DNA of 59,884 nt, filler included, from an uncultured Candidatus Sumerlaeota bacterium (GCA_964389675.1; 12 parts of 12 records of this genome joined end to end with filler, not necessarily neighbours in it); one strand, 5' to 3'. Shown: positions 9,904 through 19,785, counted from the whole stretch's first letter. Made by a program: numbers and translations. Notes: generated by a model from the letters alone, not told the origin.

Positions 9904-12081
9904 AAAACACCCATTCCAGCCTGGTCTTATACTCATCGGTAACCATGCCCTCTGTGGATATGCATTCCAGGATATAGAAATAATTCCCCTTCTTTATTTT
10001 ATCCCTGAATGTATAAAGCTGAGGGCTTGATGAGTTGACCTGCCCGGGTATTATCCCTTCATTAAGCTTTACCGGGACAAAGGATGCAGAGGGGCTCACC
10101 TTGTCCCCCTTAAGCCTGTAAAGGTTGAATCCGAGATTGTTCACCTCGGATACGGTCATCCAGCGTATATCGGCACTGCCCCCGTATCCCCGGGCTGTAA
10201 AAAAGGCAAGCTCAACGGGAAGGGATAGCTCGCTATAAGCGATGTTATTGATCATATTTATGTCATTCGGCATTGTTTCAGAGACAAATACCGTAATTAC
10301 ATACATCCTCGGATCAAGCTCGGCGCTTGTTTCCCATTGAATGGAAACATCGGCATAATCCTCTGTCTGAAGGTTATAAAATGACACAGTACCTATCATA
10401 TTCAGGCCTGTATCGGGCTCAATGCTGTAATAGAATTCAACATTTCCCTGGGAGATATCCTCCATCCCGTAATTATACACCCTTGCATTTATTTCCACCG
10501 TATCCCCGGGCTCCGCCATACCCGGCTGAAAACTGATATCAGAAGGCAGGACCGATGCATCAGCTCCCCAGGCCCCTGAATCAAGACAGGCTACAAAAAG
10601 CGTGGTATCAAAGTGGGGAGGTACATAAAGCTGGGGAGTATCCGGGTCATCAGGTTCACCAAAATAGACAGTCCCGCCAAAAAGCCCTGCAATATAGGCA
10701 TTTCCTTCATTGTCCACCGCTATGTGATAGCTGGTGCAGACATATCCCCCCAGGCGCTTTGCCCAGTAGAAATTACCATTCGTGTCCAGCTTGGCAACAT
10801 ATGATCCATCAGGGAAAGGAGAATCAGGCATAGGATGAAGAACTGTTGTATTTAAATGGCCAGGATCTCCGAAATATGCAGTAAGTGTGTATTCACCCGT
10901 TATATAGACATTGTCCGAGCTATCAACTGAAATGCCAAATCCAAAATCAATATCCCCACCCCCTGCATGCCTTGCCCATAGAAAGCGGCCTGTATTGTCT
11001 ATCTTTGCTATAAATATATCTCTTATGCCATACGAGACAAGGCTGATATCCTGAGACTCTCCGAAATAAATTGTTTTGCCGAAATCCCCTGTTATTACGG
11101 CATTGCCTTCATTATCAACAGCTATACCCCTGCTGTAATTAGATTTAGTCCCATAGGAATAGGTAACTTTGCCCACAGGAAATTGCCCCCGGCGTCAAGC
11201 TTTGCCACAAAGTTATCGGTATAAATATCAGAGCATCGGCCAACCAGGGTTATGACCGGCAGGGAGAAGGGATCGCCGAAATAAGCTGTATTGACGAATT
11301 CGCCTGTTATAAAGGTATTGCCTGATGCGTCTGTGTCAACGCCGTTAATCGAAAAACGCTCACGTTCATCTATATAAGACCCTGCCTGGTTTACCCAGAG
11401 GAAATTTCCGTCATTATCCATTTTTGCAATGAAGCCGGTCTTATGATAATTGCCTAAGGTTATCAGTTCAATAGTGCCGGGAGCCCCCGGCTCCCCGAAA
11501 TAGCAATTCCCTCTGACATTCCCGGATATATAGATATTGCCCTGGGAGTCCACATGTATATCCTCGCCGTAGTCATGGTGCCATCCCCCGGCCTTTGCGG
11601 CCCACAGATAATTGCCGTCAGGGTCAATCTTTACAATGAATATATCCAGCCCGCCGCGGGAGATCAGCTCAAAGGGACCGAAGGAAATAATATCCCGGAA
11701 GTATCCAGTTACATAAGAATTGCCGTATCCATCAATATCAATGCCGTATCCATAATCAAAATCCAGACAGTCGGCCTGGTTAACCCAGAGGAAGTTCGCG
11801 TCATTATCAATCTTTGCAATAAAGGTATCAGGCCACTCAACGGCAGTCAGATCAATACAGTCAGGATTCCCGGGGATCCCGAAGGTCGCATCACCGCTAA
11901 AGTCTCCTGTTATAAAGGAATTGCCGTCACTGTCCACAGCAATATCATGAACAAGGATAGACCCGTGGCCGCCATCATCCCCGGCCTGGGTGGCCCAGAG
12001 GAATTTGGGGGCTTCCTGGGCAAAGAGTAGAAATGAACCTGAATATAATAATAAAATCACCATTGCGGTATTCTTTAACAT
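9902..12081 (-). pseudogene. Secreted SBBP-repeat beta-propeller + CARDB + LPVEL Ig-like protein (locus A), frameshifted at about 11153-11163
   Basis: Repeats IAVDxxGNxYITG...FIAKxDxxGNFLWA; ORFs 11122..12132 and 9902..11176 join when 5 nt are removed (WAKLSYG). Confidence 0.85.
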
Positions 12082-12099
12082 AAAGCACCTCCATACAGC

Positions 12100-12299
12100 T
12101 TTTAATTTATATAAAACATGAATGCAAGTCAATGCTCATCTGCATAAAAAGTAATACTTCTTCATTGCACAATAACAATATCATATTTAAAAATATTGAC
12201 CAAAAAAAAAAATATTTAAGCTCGGATATATATTGTTTGTGGCAGGGAAAGCCGTGCATTTTCCTGTTTTTTAATAAATAACTTTACAGGAGGTAACTT
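12100..12299. promoter_or_regulatory. Divergent promoter region of locus A, with A11 tract and CCGTGC-loop leader hairpin (12243-12266)
   Basis: TTGACT-N17-TAAATT on minus strand; TTGACC-A11 on plus strand; CAGGGAAA-GCCGTGCA-TTTTCCTG followed by T run; homologous to 46356-46567 and 58613-58839. Confidence 0.7.
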
Positions 12300-14180
12300 A
12301 TGTTATTTTTTACCAGAAGAATCTTTTTGGCAGTTTTTATCCTTGGTTTTGCATGCTTACCCATGTTTGGACAGTTTCTGCCTTCACAGGAGAGGCTGAG
12401 AATCAATGACTATTCCTTATTCCTTGATGACGAGAGGATAGTGCTCAGGGGAACATCGGAATATGCCTATATCAGTGATCCTGTCTACTACAATTGGCTT
12501 TACCCTTATAATTTCTGCATTCTGGTGGACGGGAATGGGGCTACGCAGTCTAATTTCCTGAGGATATGGATGGAAGGCTCTTCCAATACCAGCGGAGCAT
12601 GGAAATCAGGCGATGATCCCCATCCTTTATTCGGGACAAGCTCCTATCCTGATTATGCCATGCGGGAACAGCAGCCCTTTAAGTGCACCAATTACTTGAA
12701 TGTGCAAGATCCTGCTGATTATGTGTATGAACTGGATTCCTGGCCTGATTATAGCTTTGATTATGAAGGAATGGAAATTCCAAAGTATACGGACAGATTA
12801 AACTTTATTGTAACAGAGGCAAGGGACAATAATGTAATAGTAATGCTCACTCTGTTTGACGCATGCCTTAAAGACGGTGATTTGTTCAGATACTCAGCAT
12901 GGCATCCTCATAGAAATGGCAATGCAACGTTGGGATATCTGCCGGAAAGCGGGTCACCATACCCTGGATCAATTACTAGCGGGGAAGGTCAGTGCTTCTA
13001 TAATATCTGGGAATGGCAGCAGGATGTATTTGGAACATATATAGAATTCAATGATAAGCGTTTGAATTTATTGGGAGGGCTACAGAGAGAATATGTAAAG
13101 AGGGTGGTTCGGAGCATACCTTCTGACCGCTGGAATGTAATATTTGAGATAGAGAATGAGCCTAAAGCGGTAATAGCCCATACCGGCCATGGCGATGTCA
13201 ATCTCTCAGCAAGATGGAGCTACCAGGTGGCTAAATGGATAAAAGAAGAAAGGCCGAAGGCCCTGGTGGCATTTAATGCCCATGGAACTCCTTTTGTCAG
13301 GAGAGGACTGTTTCTCCTGGACCAGGGAGCAGACAGGATGATAGACATAGTATCCATACATGCTTCATATAATGCAGGCACCGGTGACAACTGGCAGCTT
13401 GATAAGCCTGAGGACTTTAACAATGATATTTTATGGCGGAATGCTGAGAAAATACATATACTGGATGCGCTTAACAGGACAAGGGAGGATGCTTGGTGCC
13501 AGGATTATGAAAATATGTCAAGGTTTTATATCATTGACAGCGACGGTGATTATGAAGAGGGGGGTGTGTATGATAATAATGCAGACAGGGTTAGAGAGAT
13601 TGCGGGCATAGCCTCGCTATTCGGGGCTGGTTATAATAACAAGTACTCCTCTGTAACTGATTATGATGAGGCTGTCTTTAATCAGGCACAGCTTCAACAG
13701 TTCAATGACAGGATAAATGAGAGGTTTTTTGACCCAAGCCAGAACTGGATGTATGGCATGTATAATACCACTCCCCCGTACAGGAGAAGCTATTTTGAAA
13801 ATAATGCCATCAGGTGCATGGAAATGTGGTATCCTATAATTAGGGACAAAGAAGAACCCTACAGCATTGATTTTAAGATAATAAACAACGGGACACTGGA
13901 TGACCTGGAAGCAGACGACTATTATCTGTATGATAGTACTACCGGAGCAACAGTTAAAATTACAAAGACACTGAATAAAGTGTATCCTGCCTGGAGCTGG
14001 ACCATTCCGATATCTAATCTGCCTCCTCCTCATAAAGAGGAAGTGACAATGGACTTTCCTGCATCTTCATGCAGTTGGGTTGTTCATGAACTGTATCTGC
14101 AAAAGAAAATATCTGAAAATGAATATGAGAGAGTAGGCGGAGATACCCTATATACAGTGGTAAATCTGGTAGAGGATTAA
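12300..14180 (+). CDS. Secreted clan GH-A (GH5-like) TIM-barrel protein with C-terminal Ig-like domain (locus A)
   Basis: Signal peptide, NFLRIWM, NVIVMLTLFD, WNVIFEIENEP acid/base motif; AGGAGG RBS. Confidence 0.75.
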   Translation: MLFFTRRIFLAVFILGFACLPMFGQFLPSQERLRINDYSLFLDDERIVLRGTSEYAYISDPVYYNWLYPYNFCILVDGNGATQSNFLRIWMEGSSNTSGAWKSGDDPHPLFGTSSYPDYAMREQQPFKCTNYLNVQDPADYVYELDSWPDYSFDYEGMEIPKYTDRLNFIVTEARDNNVIVMLTLFDACLKDGDLFRYSAWHPHRNGNATLGYLPESGSPYPGSITSGEGQCFYNIWEWQQDVFGTYIEFNDKRLNLLGGLQREYVKRVVRSIPSDRWNVIFEIENEPKAVIAHTGHGDVNLSARWSYQVAKWIKEERPKALVAFNAHGTPFVRRGLFLLDQGADRMIDIVSIHASYNAGTGDNWQLDKPEDFNNDILWRNAEKIHILDALNRTREDAWCQDYENMSRFYIIDSDGDYEEGGVYDNNADRVREIAGIASLFGAGYNNKYSSVTDYDEAVFNQAQLQQFNDRINERFFDPSQNWMYGMYNTTPPYRRSYFENNAIRCMEMWYPIIRDKEEPYSIDFKIINNGTLDDLEADDYYLYDSTTGATVKITKTLNKVYPAWSWTIPISNLPPPHKEEVTMDFPASSCSWVVHELYLQKKISENEYERVGGDTLYTVVNLVED

Positions 14181-14185
14181 GAAGC

Positions 14186-14227
14186 AGAGGCAATAGCAGC
14201 ACGGTGCTATTGCCTCTTCATTTTTTT
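14186..14227 (+). terminator. 3' hairpin/terminator with GCACGG loop
   Basis: AGAGGCAATAGCA-GCACGG-TGCTATTGCCTCT then T run. Confidence 0.85.
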
Positions 14228-14791
14228 ACCAAAAAAGAAATTTGCGCTACCTGTAAGTTGCTTTATCATAATACTTCCGGGTCATGCTGAATGTTGCCTT
14301 GCCTCTCTTAAGTGAAATTTCCATGCTACATCGGCAATATGGAAATTAAGTGCACAGGATGTTTAATAATAATGGTCTTTTAGATGATTTGATAGAGTTT
14401 TTTCGATATTTCGTTAAAAGTAAATGACAGGCTTTTATCGGGCTCTATAAAGATTGTTACGGCAAAAAGCAGGTTTTATAGAAAGGAAAAGGGAAATTTT
14501 TTAAATAATAATCTGAAAAAAGGCAGAACTGGTATATATTTTCAAATATATTATAGGAGGTCCCGTTAAATAATATACCTTTAATTATCTTTGCAAGAAC
14601 CACTCTAATACAATCACGATAAGAGCATTGTATTAGATATTATTTCATGAACAGAATTTCTGTTAAAAATATCTTATAAGCAGAAGTTATATTCCTATGT
14701 CCATCTTGTGATCTTGCTCCGCCCCATATGTAAACTGTCTAAAATATTCCATTATAGTTGTCGCTGAACAATCGTTCTTTCCTAAAATGGA

Positions 14792-15005
14792 TCACAGATT
14801 AGCAGTTTCAGGAAGAATCCCCCTGACCTTAATGAGAAATGATATTGATCTTTTAATGCGCTTGATTTTATGCCCTCTCTGCTTTAGCAGCTCAATTATA
14901 CTGTTCTTTCCGATAAAATGGCCAGTTCCAGCCATTATAAATACTGTGCTGTAATCATCATTATTTATATAATGCTCTATTCTATCTGCCATGTTTATAT
15001 TTCTT
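14792..15005 (-). pseudogene. C-terminal remnant of a TraB/GumN-family protein
   Basis: RNINMADRI...VFIMAGTGHFIGKNSIIELLKQRG; no N-terminal part. Confidence 0.6.
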
Positions 15006-15153
15006 TTTTCTTTTACTCTTTATTTATAAGATCAGAAAGGAGATGCCTATATTCCTGTCAACAGTTTACAATGTAAATCAATCTCTTCATTAATATAAAT
15101 ACCTATATTATAATAACATACTGTCTGGAATGAGATTTGCAATATAATCCTGC

Positions 15154-15979
15154 ATGGCAGGATTATACAAAAGGAGAACCCCGGAGAAAACAGCTCTATA
15201 CAAAATAGCATATAACTATTTCAACTACTATGAGAGCATATATCCTTTACGTTATGAGAAAGAATACGGACCTTTCAGGAAAATCATTGGAAAGACAGTC
15301 AACAAATATCTCGAATGCGGGATAATGGATAAAGGCTTTGCCAGGATACGCTGTCCACAATGCGGTAAGGATTACTTTATTGCCTTTTCCTGCAAGACCA
15401 GATTCTTTTGTCCCTCATGTTCCCAGAAGAGGACCCTCATCTGGGGAGATTGGGTCAAATCAAATGTACTGGAGAATGTAGCTCACCGTCAATGGGTATT
15501 TACAATTCCCAAAATCCTAAGGAAGCTTTTCTATAAGGACAGAAAGCTCCTGGGGCAACTTGCAAAATGTGCAAAAGATACAGTAGCAGAGATATTTAGC
15601 TCAATATATCCAGATTATAAACCAGGCATAGTACTCTCTATACAGACTTTCGGGGACCTTCTTTTATGGCATCCGCATATACACTGCCTTATAACAGACG
15701 GAGTCTTTGATAAGGAAAATAATTTTTACCCCATACCAAAAGTAGACACCAAAAAGGCAGTGATAGTATTCAGGGAAAAGGTATTTGACATGCTTAAGAG
15801 AAATGCACGTATCAGCACTATACTCATTAATAAGATGAGAGGTTGGCAATATACAGGCTTCTCAGTCCATAATGCAGTATTGATATCAGAAGATAATCCA
15901 GATGCCTTATCCAGGCTTGCAGAATACATAGTGCATGCTTCTTTTTCCTCAGAGAAGATAACCTTCTCAGAGAAATCCC
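15154..15979 (+). mobile_element. IS91-family-like transposase (Zn-binding + Y2/HUH domain), partial
   Basis: CGIMDKGFARIRCPQC, SCKTRFFCPSC, HRQWVFTIP, QTFG..WHPHIH (HUH); runs into linker. Confidence 0.9.
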
Positions 15980-16079
15980 NNNNNNNNNNNNNNNNNNNNN
16001 NNNNNNNNNNNNNNNNNNNNNNNTTAATTAATTAANNNNNNNNNNNNNNNNNNNNNNNNNNNNNNNNNNNNNNNNNNNN

Positions 16080-16134
16080 ATATGACATCTTTTCCTCCTT
16101 GTTTAGAGGCGACATCTATATTGGCACATAGGGC
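16080..16134 (-). mobile_element. IS3-family left end inserted at the end of the cassette array
   Basis: TGTGCCAATATAGATGTCGCCTCTAAACAAGGAGG, nearly identical to 43698-43734, which heads an IS3 transposase remnant. Confidence 0.65.
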
Positions 16135-16283
16135 TGCCAAAAAGCTGATTCATAATAAAACAAAGCCGCCCAACATAAGATCAGGTGCACTAATGAGAAT
16201 AGCAAAAGTTGATTTTTTTGGCAAACTTTACTTAATGATAATTTTAGTTGAAAGAGTAGTTTTGTCAATCTTAGAAATCTTAC

Positions 16284-16365
16284 CGATAATGTTTCGCAAA
16301 TAGGCGAAGTCGGCCGAAGGCCAATTTGGGCGGAGCGAAGCGGAATCACCTATTCGCTGTTAGGC
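16284..16365 (-). other. attC-like site
   Basis: R'' GCCTAAC just after GNAT stop; palindromic GCGAATAGG...CCTATTTGC; R' ATTATCG (non-canonical). Confidence 0.75.
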
Positions 16366-16371
16366 GCAGTA

Positions 16372-16872
16372 TCAATCAGGGGCAGGATGAAGATTAAAAG
16401 AAAATCCCACTCCATCGTATTCTTTATCACCAATCTTAAATATTTTCTCATAGGATATTATTCCGCCGTTTTTTTCATAGAAAGAATTGTTTTTTGCTCC
16501 CTTCAAAGTCCACAGTATCATTTTCTGACAATTTTTTTTAGAAAAAATTTCATTCATTCGCTGAAATAATAATCTGCCTATTCCTGATTTTTGGTATTTT
16601 GGTAAAACATAAAAACCTACTATTTCACATTGATAATTATCATCATCAAGTAGTTTTCCTGATATAAATCCTTTAATTATTTCATCTTCCTCATAAACAA
16701 ATATTATTTCTTTCTTCTGCTGTATATTATTCGTCATGATTTTTATAAATCTTTGTACCTCTAGATTATCTGCATAATTTTGATCAATTATACCTATGTA
16801 CGCACTTCGCCAGGCTTCTACAATTATTTCTGCGATTATTTTTGAATCATCTAATTTTGCTTCTCGAATCAT
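16372..16872 (-). CDS. GNAT N-acetyltransferase (gene cassette)
   Basis: MIREAK start; FYVLPKYQKSGIGRLL motif A; FYEKNGG. Confidence 0.9.
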   Translation of the reverse strand: MIREAKLDDSKIIAEIIVEAWRSAYIGIIDQNYADNLEVQRFIKIMTNNIQQKKEIIFVYEEDEIIKGFISGKLLDDDNYQCEIVGFYVLPKYQKSGIGRLLFQRMNEIFSKKNCQKMILWTLKGAKNNSFYEKNGGIISYEKIFKIGDKEYDGVGFSFNLHPAPD

Positions 16873-16893
16873 CTTTTCTCTAATTGATATTGC

Positions 16894-17044
16894 ACACAAC
16901 GCTCCGCGAATATACGAAGTAAACCCGGCCCCGTGCGGGCTTGAATATATTCTGGGAAATTATATCATAATTTTTCAGAATATATTCAAAGGGTTTATTT
17001 GCCGAAGGCCAAGGCGAAGCCGCAGCAAATATTCGCTGTTAGAT
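16894..17044 (-). other. attC-like site
   Basis: R'' ATCTAAC overlapping stop, R' GTTGTGT, GCGAATAT/ATATTCGC arms, long internal hairpin. Confidence 0.8.
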
Positions 17045-17584
17045 GCAGTTATTCAAAATGCCGTACGCATAACAATTATGCCATAATGGATTTCCATTTT
17101 CATCTCTTCGGAAAAAAGCCTTTTGTTTGAAGAAACCTTCTCTTTCCATTCCAATTTTCTCTAGAACTTTCCATGATGCAGTATTTTCAGGATTACAAAA
17201 AGCAACTACTTTATGAGATTTCAATTCTTTGAACGCATAATCTATGAGAGCAAAAGACGACTCCGAACAATAACCTTTATGTTGAAACTTGGGATTGAAT
17301 ATAAATCCAAGTTCCCAAGTCATAAAATGTTTCGGATCAGCATGATGAAAGTATAAATGACCGATCATTTGCTTGCTTATTTTATGAACAACAGCAAGGA
17401 AATCATCACCTTTGCATCTTTCTGAAATCATTGCTTTAGCTTCTTCTGGAGTAATTGGTTCCCCGGGCTCGAATCTGTATATTTCTGGAAGTGACAAGTA
17501 ATCATATAAATGTTCCCAGTCTGATTCTATATGGTTTCTGATTATCAAATTCTTTGTTTCAATTTCTATCAAGTTTGACCTCAT
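17039..17584 (-). CDS. RimJ/RimL-type GNAT acetyltransferase (gene cassette)
   Basis: IETKNLIIR, WELGF, ENTASWKVLEKIGM; cassette ends GTTAGAT/ATCTAAC are complementary. Confidence 0.9.
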   Translation of the reverse strand: MRSNLIEIETKNLIIRNHIESDWEHLYDYLSLPEIYRFEPGEPITPEEAKAMISERCKGDDFLAVVHKISKQMIGHLYFHHADPKHFMTWELGFIFNPKFQHKGYCSESSFALIDYAFKELKSHKVVAFCNPENTASWKVLEKIGMEREGFFKQKAFFRRDENGNPLWHNCYAYGILNNCI

Positions 17585-17597
17585 TTTGAATAATTGC

Positions 17598-17839
17598 ATC
17601 TAACGGTGTAAATGGCAAGTAAAAATGCACCTTCCATGGAAAATAATTTTGCACCTTTTAGAGAAAAAAAAATGGCTTATTCCTCCTTCTCTTTTTGTAT
17701 TCTAAATGATTTTCCACGACAGTAGGTTAATCTACTAATTTTTGTTCATTATCGGGCATTCTTGACCTACTTTCTTCTTGTTTTCGTTGGACGAAAAGGT
17801 AGGATTTATTTACTTAACTCTCTGTCCGGCTTTTTAGGG
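17598..17839 (-). other. Long, degenerate attC-like site
   Basis: R' GTTAGAT at 17598-17604; degenerate R'' (CCCTAAA) just after the upstream stop. Confidence 0.45.
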
Positions 17840-17844
17840 TAATA

Positions 17845-19575
17845 TCATGCTCGTACTTGAGAATCTTCTGTTAGCATCTTGTGCATTTTGATAATAATAT
17901 AGACTCGAAACGCCAATATATTACTGTCAACTGTTGGGCTTGCTATTGTCTCGCGTAGTTTATTTTTTACAAATTTAGGCAAAATAGAGCTTATTAAGTT
18001 TTTGATACTTTGCTTCTTCTTTCTTGGCTTAGCTTCATCAACTTTAATTCCTTTGAAAATTAGATCTGTAAACTCTTCTCCAAAGAGATTAGTTGAATAA
18101 TTGCTGCTAATTTCTGATTTTAAAAGTTCAGCAAATGCTCCACTTCGGAGTATGTCCTTAGGAGATGCATTTGCACCTTTTGTAGCGAAAGGAACATTAG
18201 GGCTTATGGATTCAACAATATGCTTAAACAGAGCTTTATCAGTCCTTAGGTTATCAGGCAATGTTCTTACAACATTAAGTATAGACTTAGAGAGCAAAGG
18301 ATTGATTTGCTCGACATAGGAAAATTTAATGTCTGATAAACTAGAAAGTATGGTTGGGAGGCGGTATGAATGATAAAGTCTGTCTCGCCATGCTTCGAGG
18401 GTCTCTTTTTCAAGCTTTTGTAATTCTTGTGGTAGTTCTTGTTGGGGTAATTCAAATTTATCAATAAAATTTGATAAGTTTTTATAGTCAGTGCATAATC
18501 CACAACCAACGGAGGTTCTAACAGTCATCTCTGATGAGACAGGAGTCCATCCAAACCCTTCGTCACCCCTAATAACTGCTTGAATATTCTCATCATAAAA
18601 TTGTTTCCAGATATCCATACCATCCATGTACCCAGCAATATGGTCAATGCGCCCTTCGCTGCAAAAAAGAAATCGGTCGATAATTGTTTCAATGGGCTCT
18701 GAAGATATATCCGTATGATAGTACTCATGCTGTACTCCTATAGAACGAGCCATATCTTTGGCTACTTTGGCATCATTTCCGTATTCTTCTAGCGATTCCT
18801 CTAAACCCCAAGTTACTGCTTTCAAATTATCGGGAACTCCAAAACTATCTTTTATAAAACATAATATTCCCCGACTATCATAACCGCCTGATAACGGTAG
18901 TAGCCAATGCTTAAAATCAATCTCACCAAGCGACTCTACTGTTTGGGTGATCGCTTTAGTCAATAATTCTTTATGTTCTTCCTTCCGGCGACGCACTTCT
19001 GTAAAAATAATGGGATTTTTGTTGACTGAGATAGACCAATCTTTTCTGTCGAGTAGTAAGGAGGTATCAGCCTGTATGCGTTTCAGCCTTCTATCCCAAG
19101 AAAGATGTGGCCCTAATGAACCCGTAGATATTAACCATGGGATTACACCTTCATTAAAAGAAAATGATTCAAGAAACATTATGATTGCACGTTGTGAAGT
19201 TGATGCAATAAAAAGCTCATCATCATGGTAATACCATACAGTCCTGGTCGCAACACAATCGCTTACTACCTCAATTTCATCCTTGCTAGCCCTGAACAAT
19301 GCATAATTTCCATCAGGATAATTTTTTCTTGGCTCATTCCAATGCGCAATGTTTTTTTCAAAGAGAACCCCAAGAAGCAAACTCATCTGAAACTCTTGAA
19401 CAGCACCTTTATTCAAGTAAACGGCATAAGCTAAATCATCTTTAACACATACACTATGTCCTTGAGGACTATCTATATTGTCAGGAACAAGCTTATTACA
19501 AATGTTATGTAGCTTCTTCTTAGTACTAATGTTGAAACCATTATTGCGGCTACAAGCGTATAAAAGTTTAGACAT
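17845..19575 (-). CDS. Asparagine synthetase-related protein (Ntn-like + ATP pyrophosphatase domain)
   Basis: LPLSGGYDSR PP-loop; DGNYALF and SDCVATR N-terminal motifs; AGGAGG RBS. Confidence 0.8.
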   Translation of the reverse strand: MSKLLYACSRNNGFNISTKKKLHNICNKLVPDNIDSPQGHSVCVKDDLAYAVYLNKGAVQEFQMSLLLGVLFEKNIAHWNEPRKNYPDGNYALFRASKDEIEVVSDCVATRTVWYYHDDELFIASTSQRAIIMFLESFSFNEGVIPWLISTGSLGPHLSWDRRLKRIQADTSLLLDRKDWSISVNKNPIIFTEVRRRKEEHKELLTKAITQTVESLGEIDFKHWLLPLSGGYDSRGILCFIKDSFGVPDNLKAVTWGLEESLEEYGNDAKVAKDMARSIGVQHEYYHTDISSEPIETIIDRFLFCSEGRIDHIAGYMDGMDIWKQFYDENIQAVIRGDEGFGWTPVSSEMTVRTSVGCGLCTDYKNLSNFIDKFELPQQELPQELQKLEKETLEAWRDRLYHSYRLPTILSSLSDIKFSYVEQINPLLSKSILNVVRTLPDNLRTDKALFKHIVESISPNVPFATKGANASPKDILRSGAFAELLKSEISSNYSTNLFGEEFTDLIFKGIKVDEAKPRKKKQSIKNLISSILPKFVKNKLRETIASPTVDSNILAFRVYIIIKMHKMLTEDSQVRA

Positions 19576-19679
19576 GTTATTACCTCCTTTTTATTATTTA
19601 TTGATATTTTACCCTGTTATTTTGAAGTAAATTAAAACGGCATTATTTATTTTTCGTATTCCTTACTTCAAAATCTTAC

Positions 19680-19765
19680 CGATAACATCCGTGTATACGC
19701 ATTGTGTATATCCTTCCATATTGGAATGTATCATGCAATGCGGATATTTTTGCTATATCCACTTT
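19680..19765 (-). other. Putative attI-like site downstream of integrase remnant
   Basis: GTTATCG core preceded by imperfect inverted repeat ATATCCGCATTG...CAATGCGTATA. Confidence 0.5.
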
Positions 19766-19785
19766 TTATAATTTTCCTGTTTTTA

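Noticed and set aside
9357-12030. Plus-strand ORFs 9357..9833 and 11554..12030, and many other short overlapping ORFs
   Set aside because: Antisense shadows of well-supported genes; no RBS or motifs
12243-14217. GH-like gene as an invertible segment between the CCGTGC/GCACGG sites
   Set aside because: No copy shows hybrid stems or flipped orientation relative to its promoter; kept only as an alternative hypothesis
15154-16365. IS91-like transposase adjacent to the integron-like array (ISCR-type complex integron)
   Set aside because: Separated by a linker, so they are on different contigs
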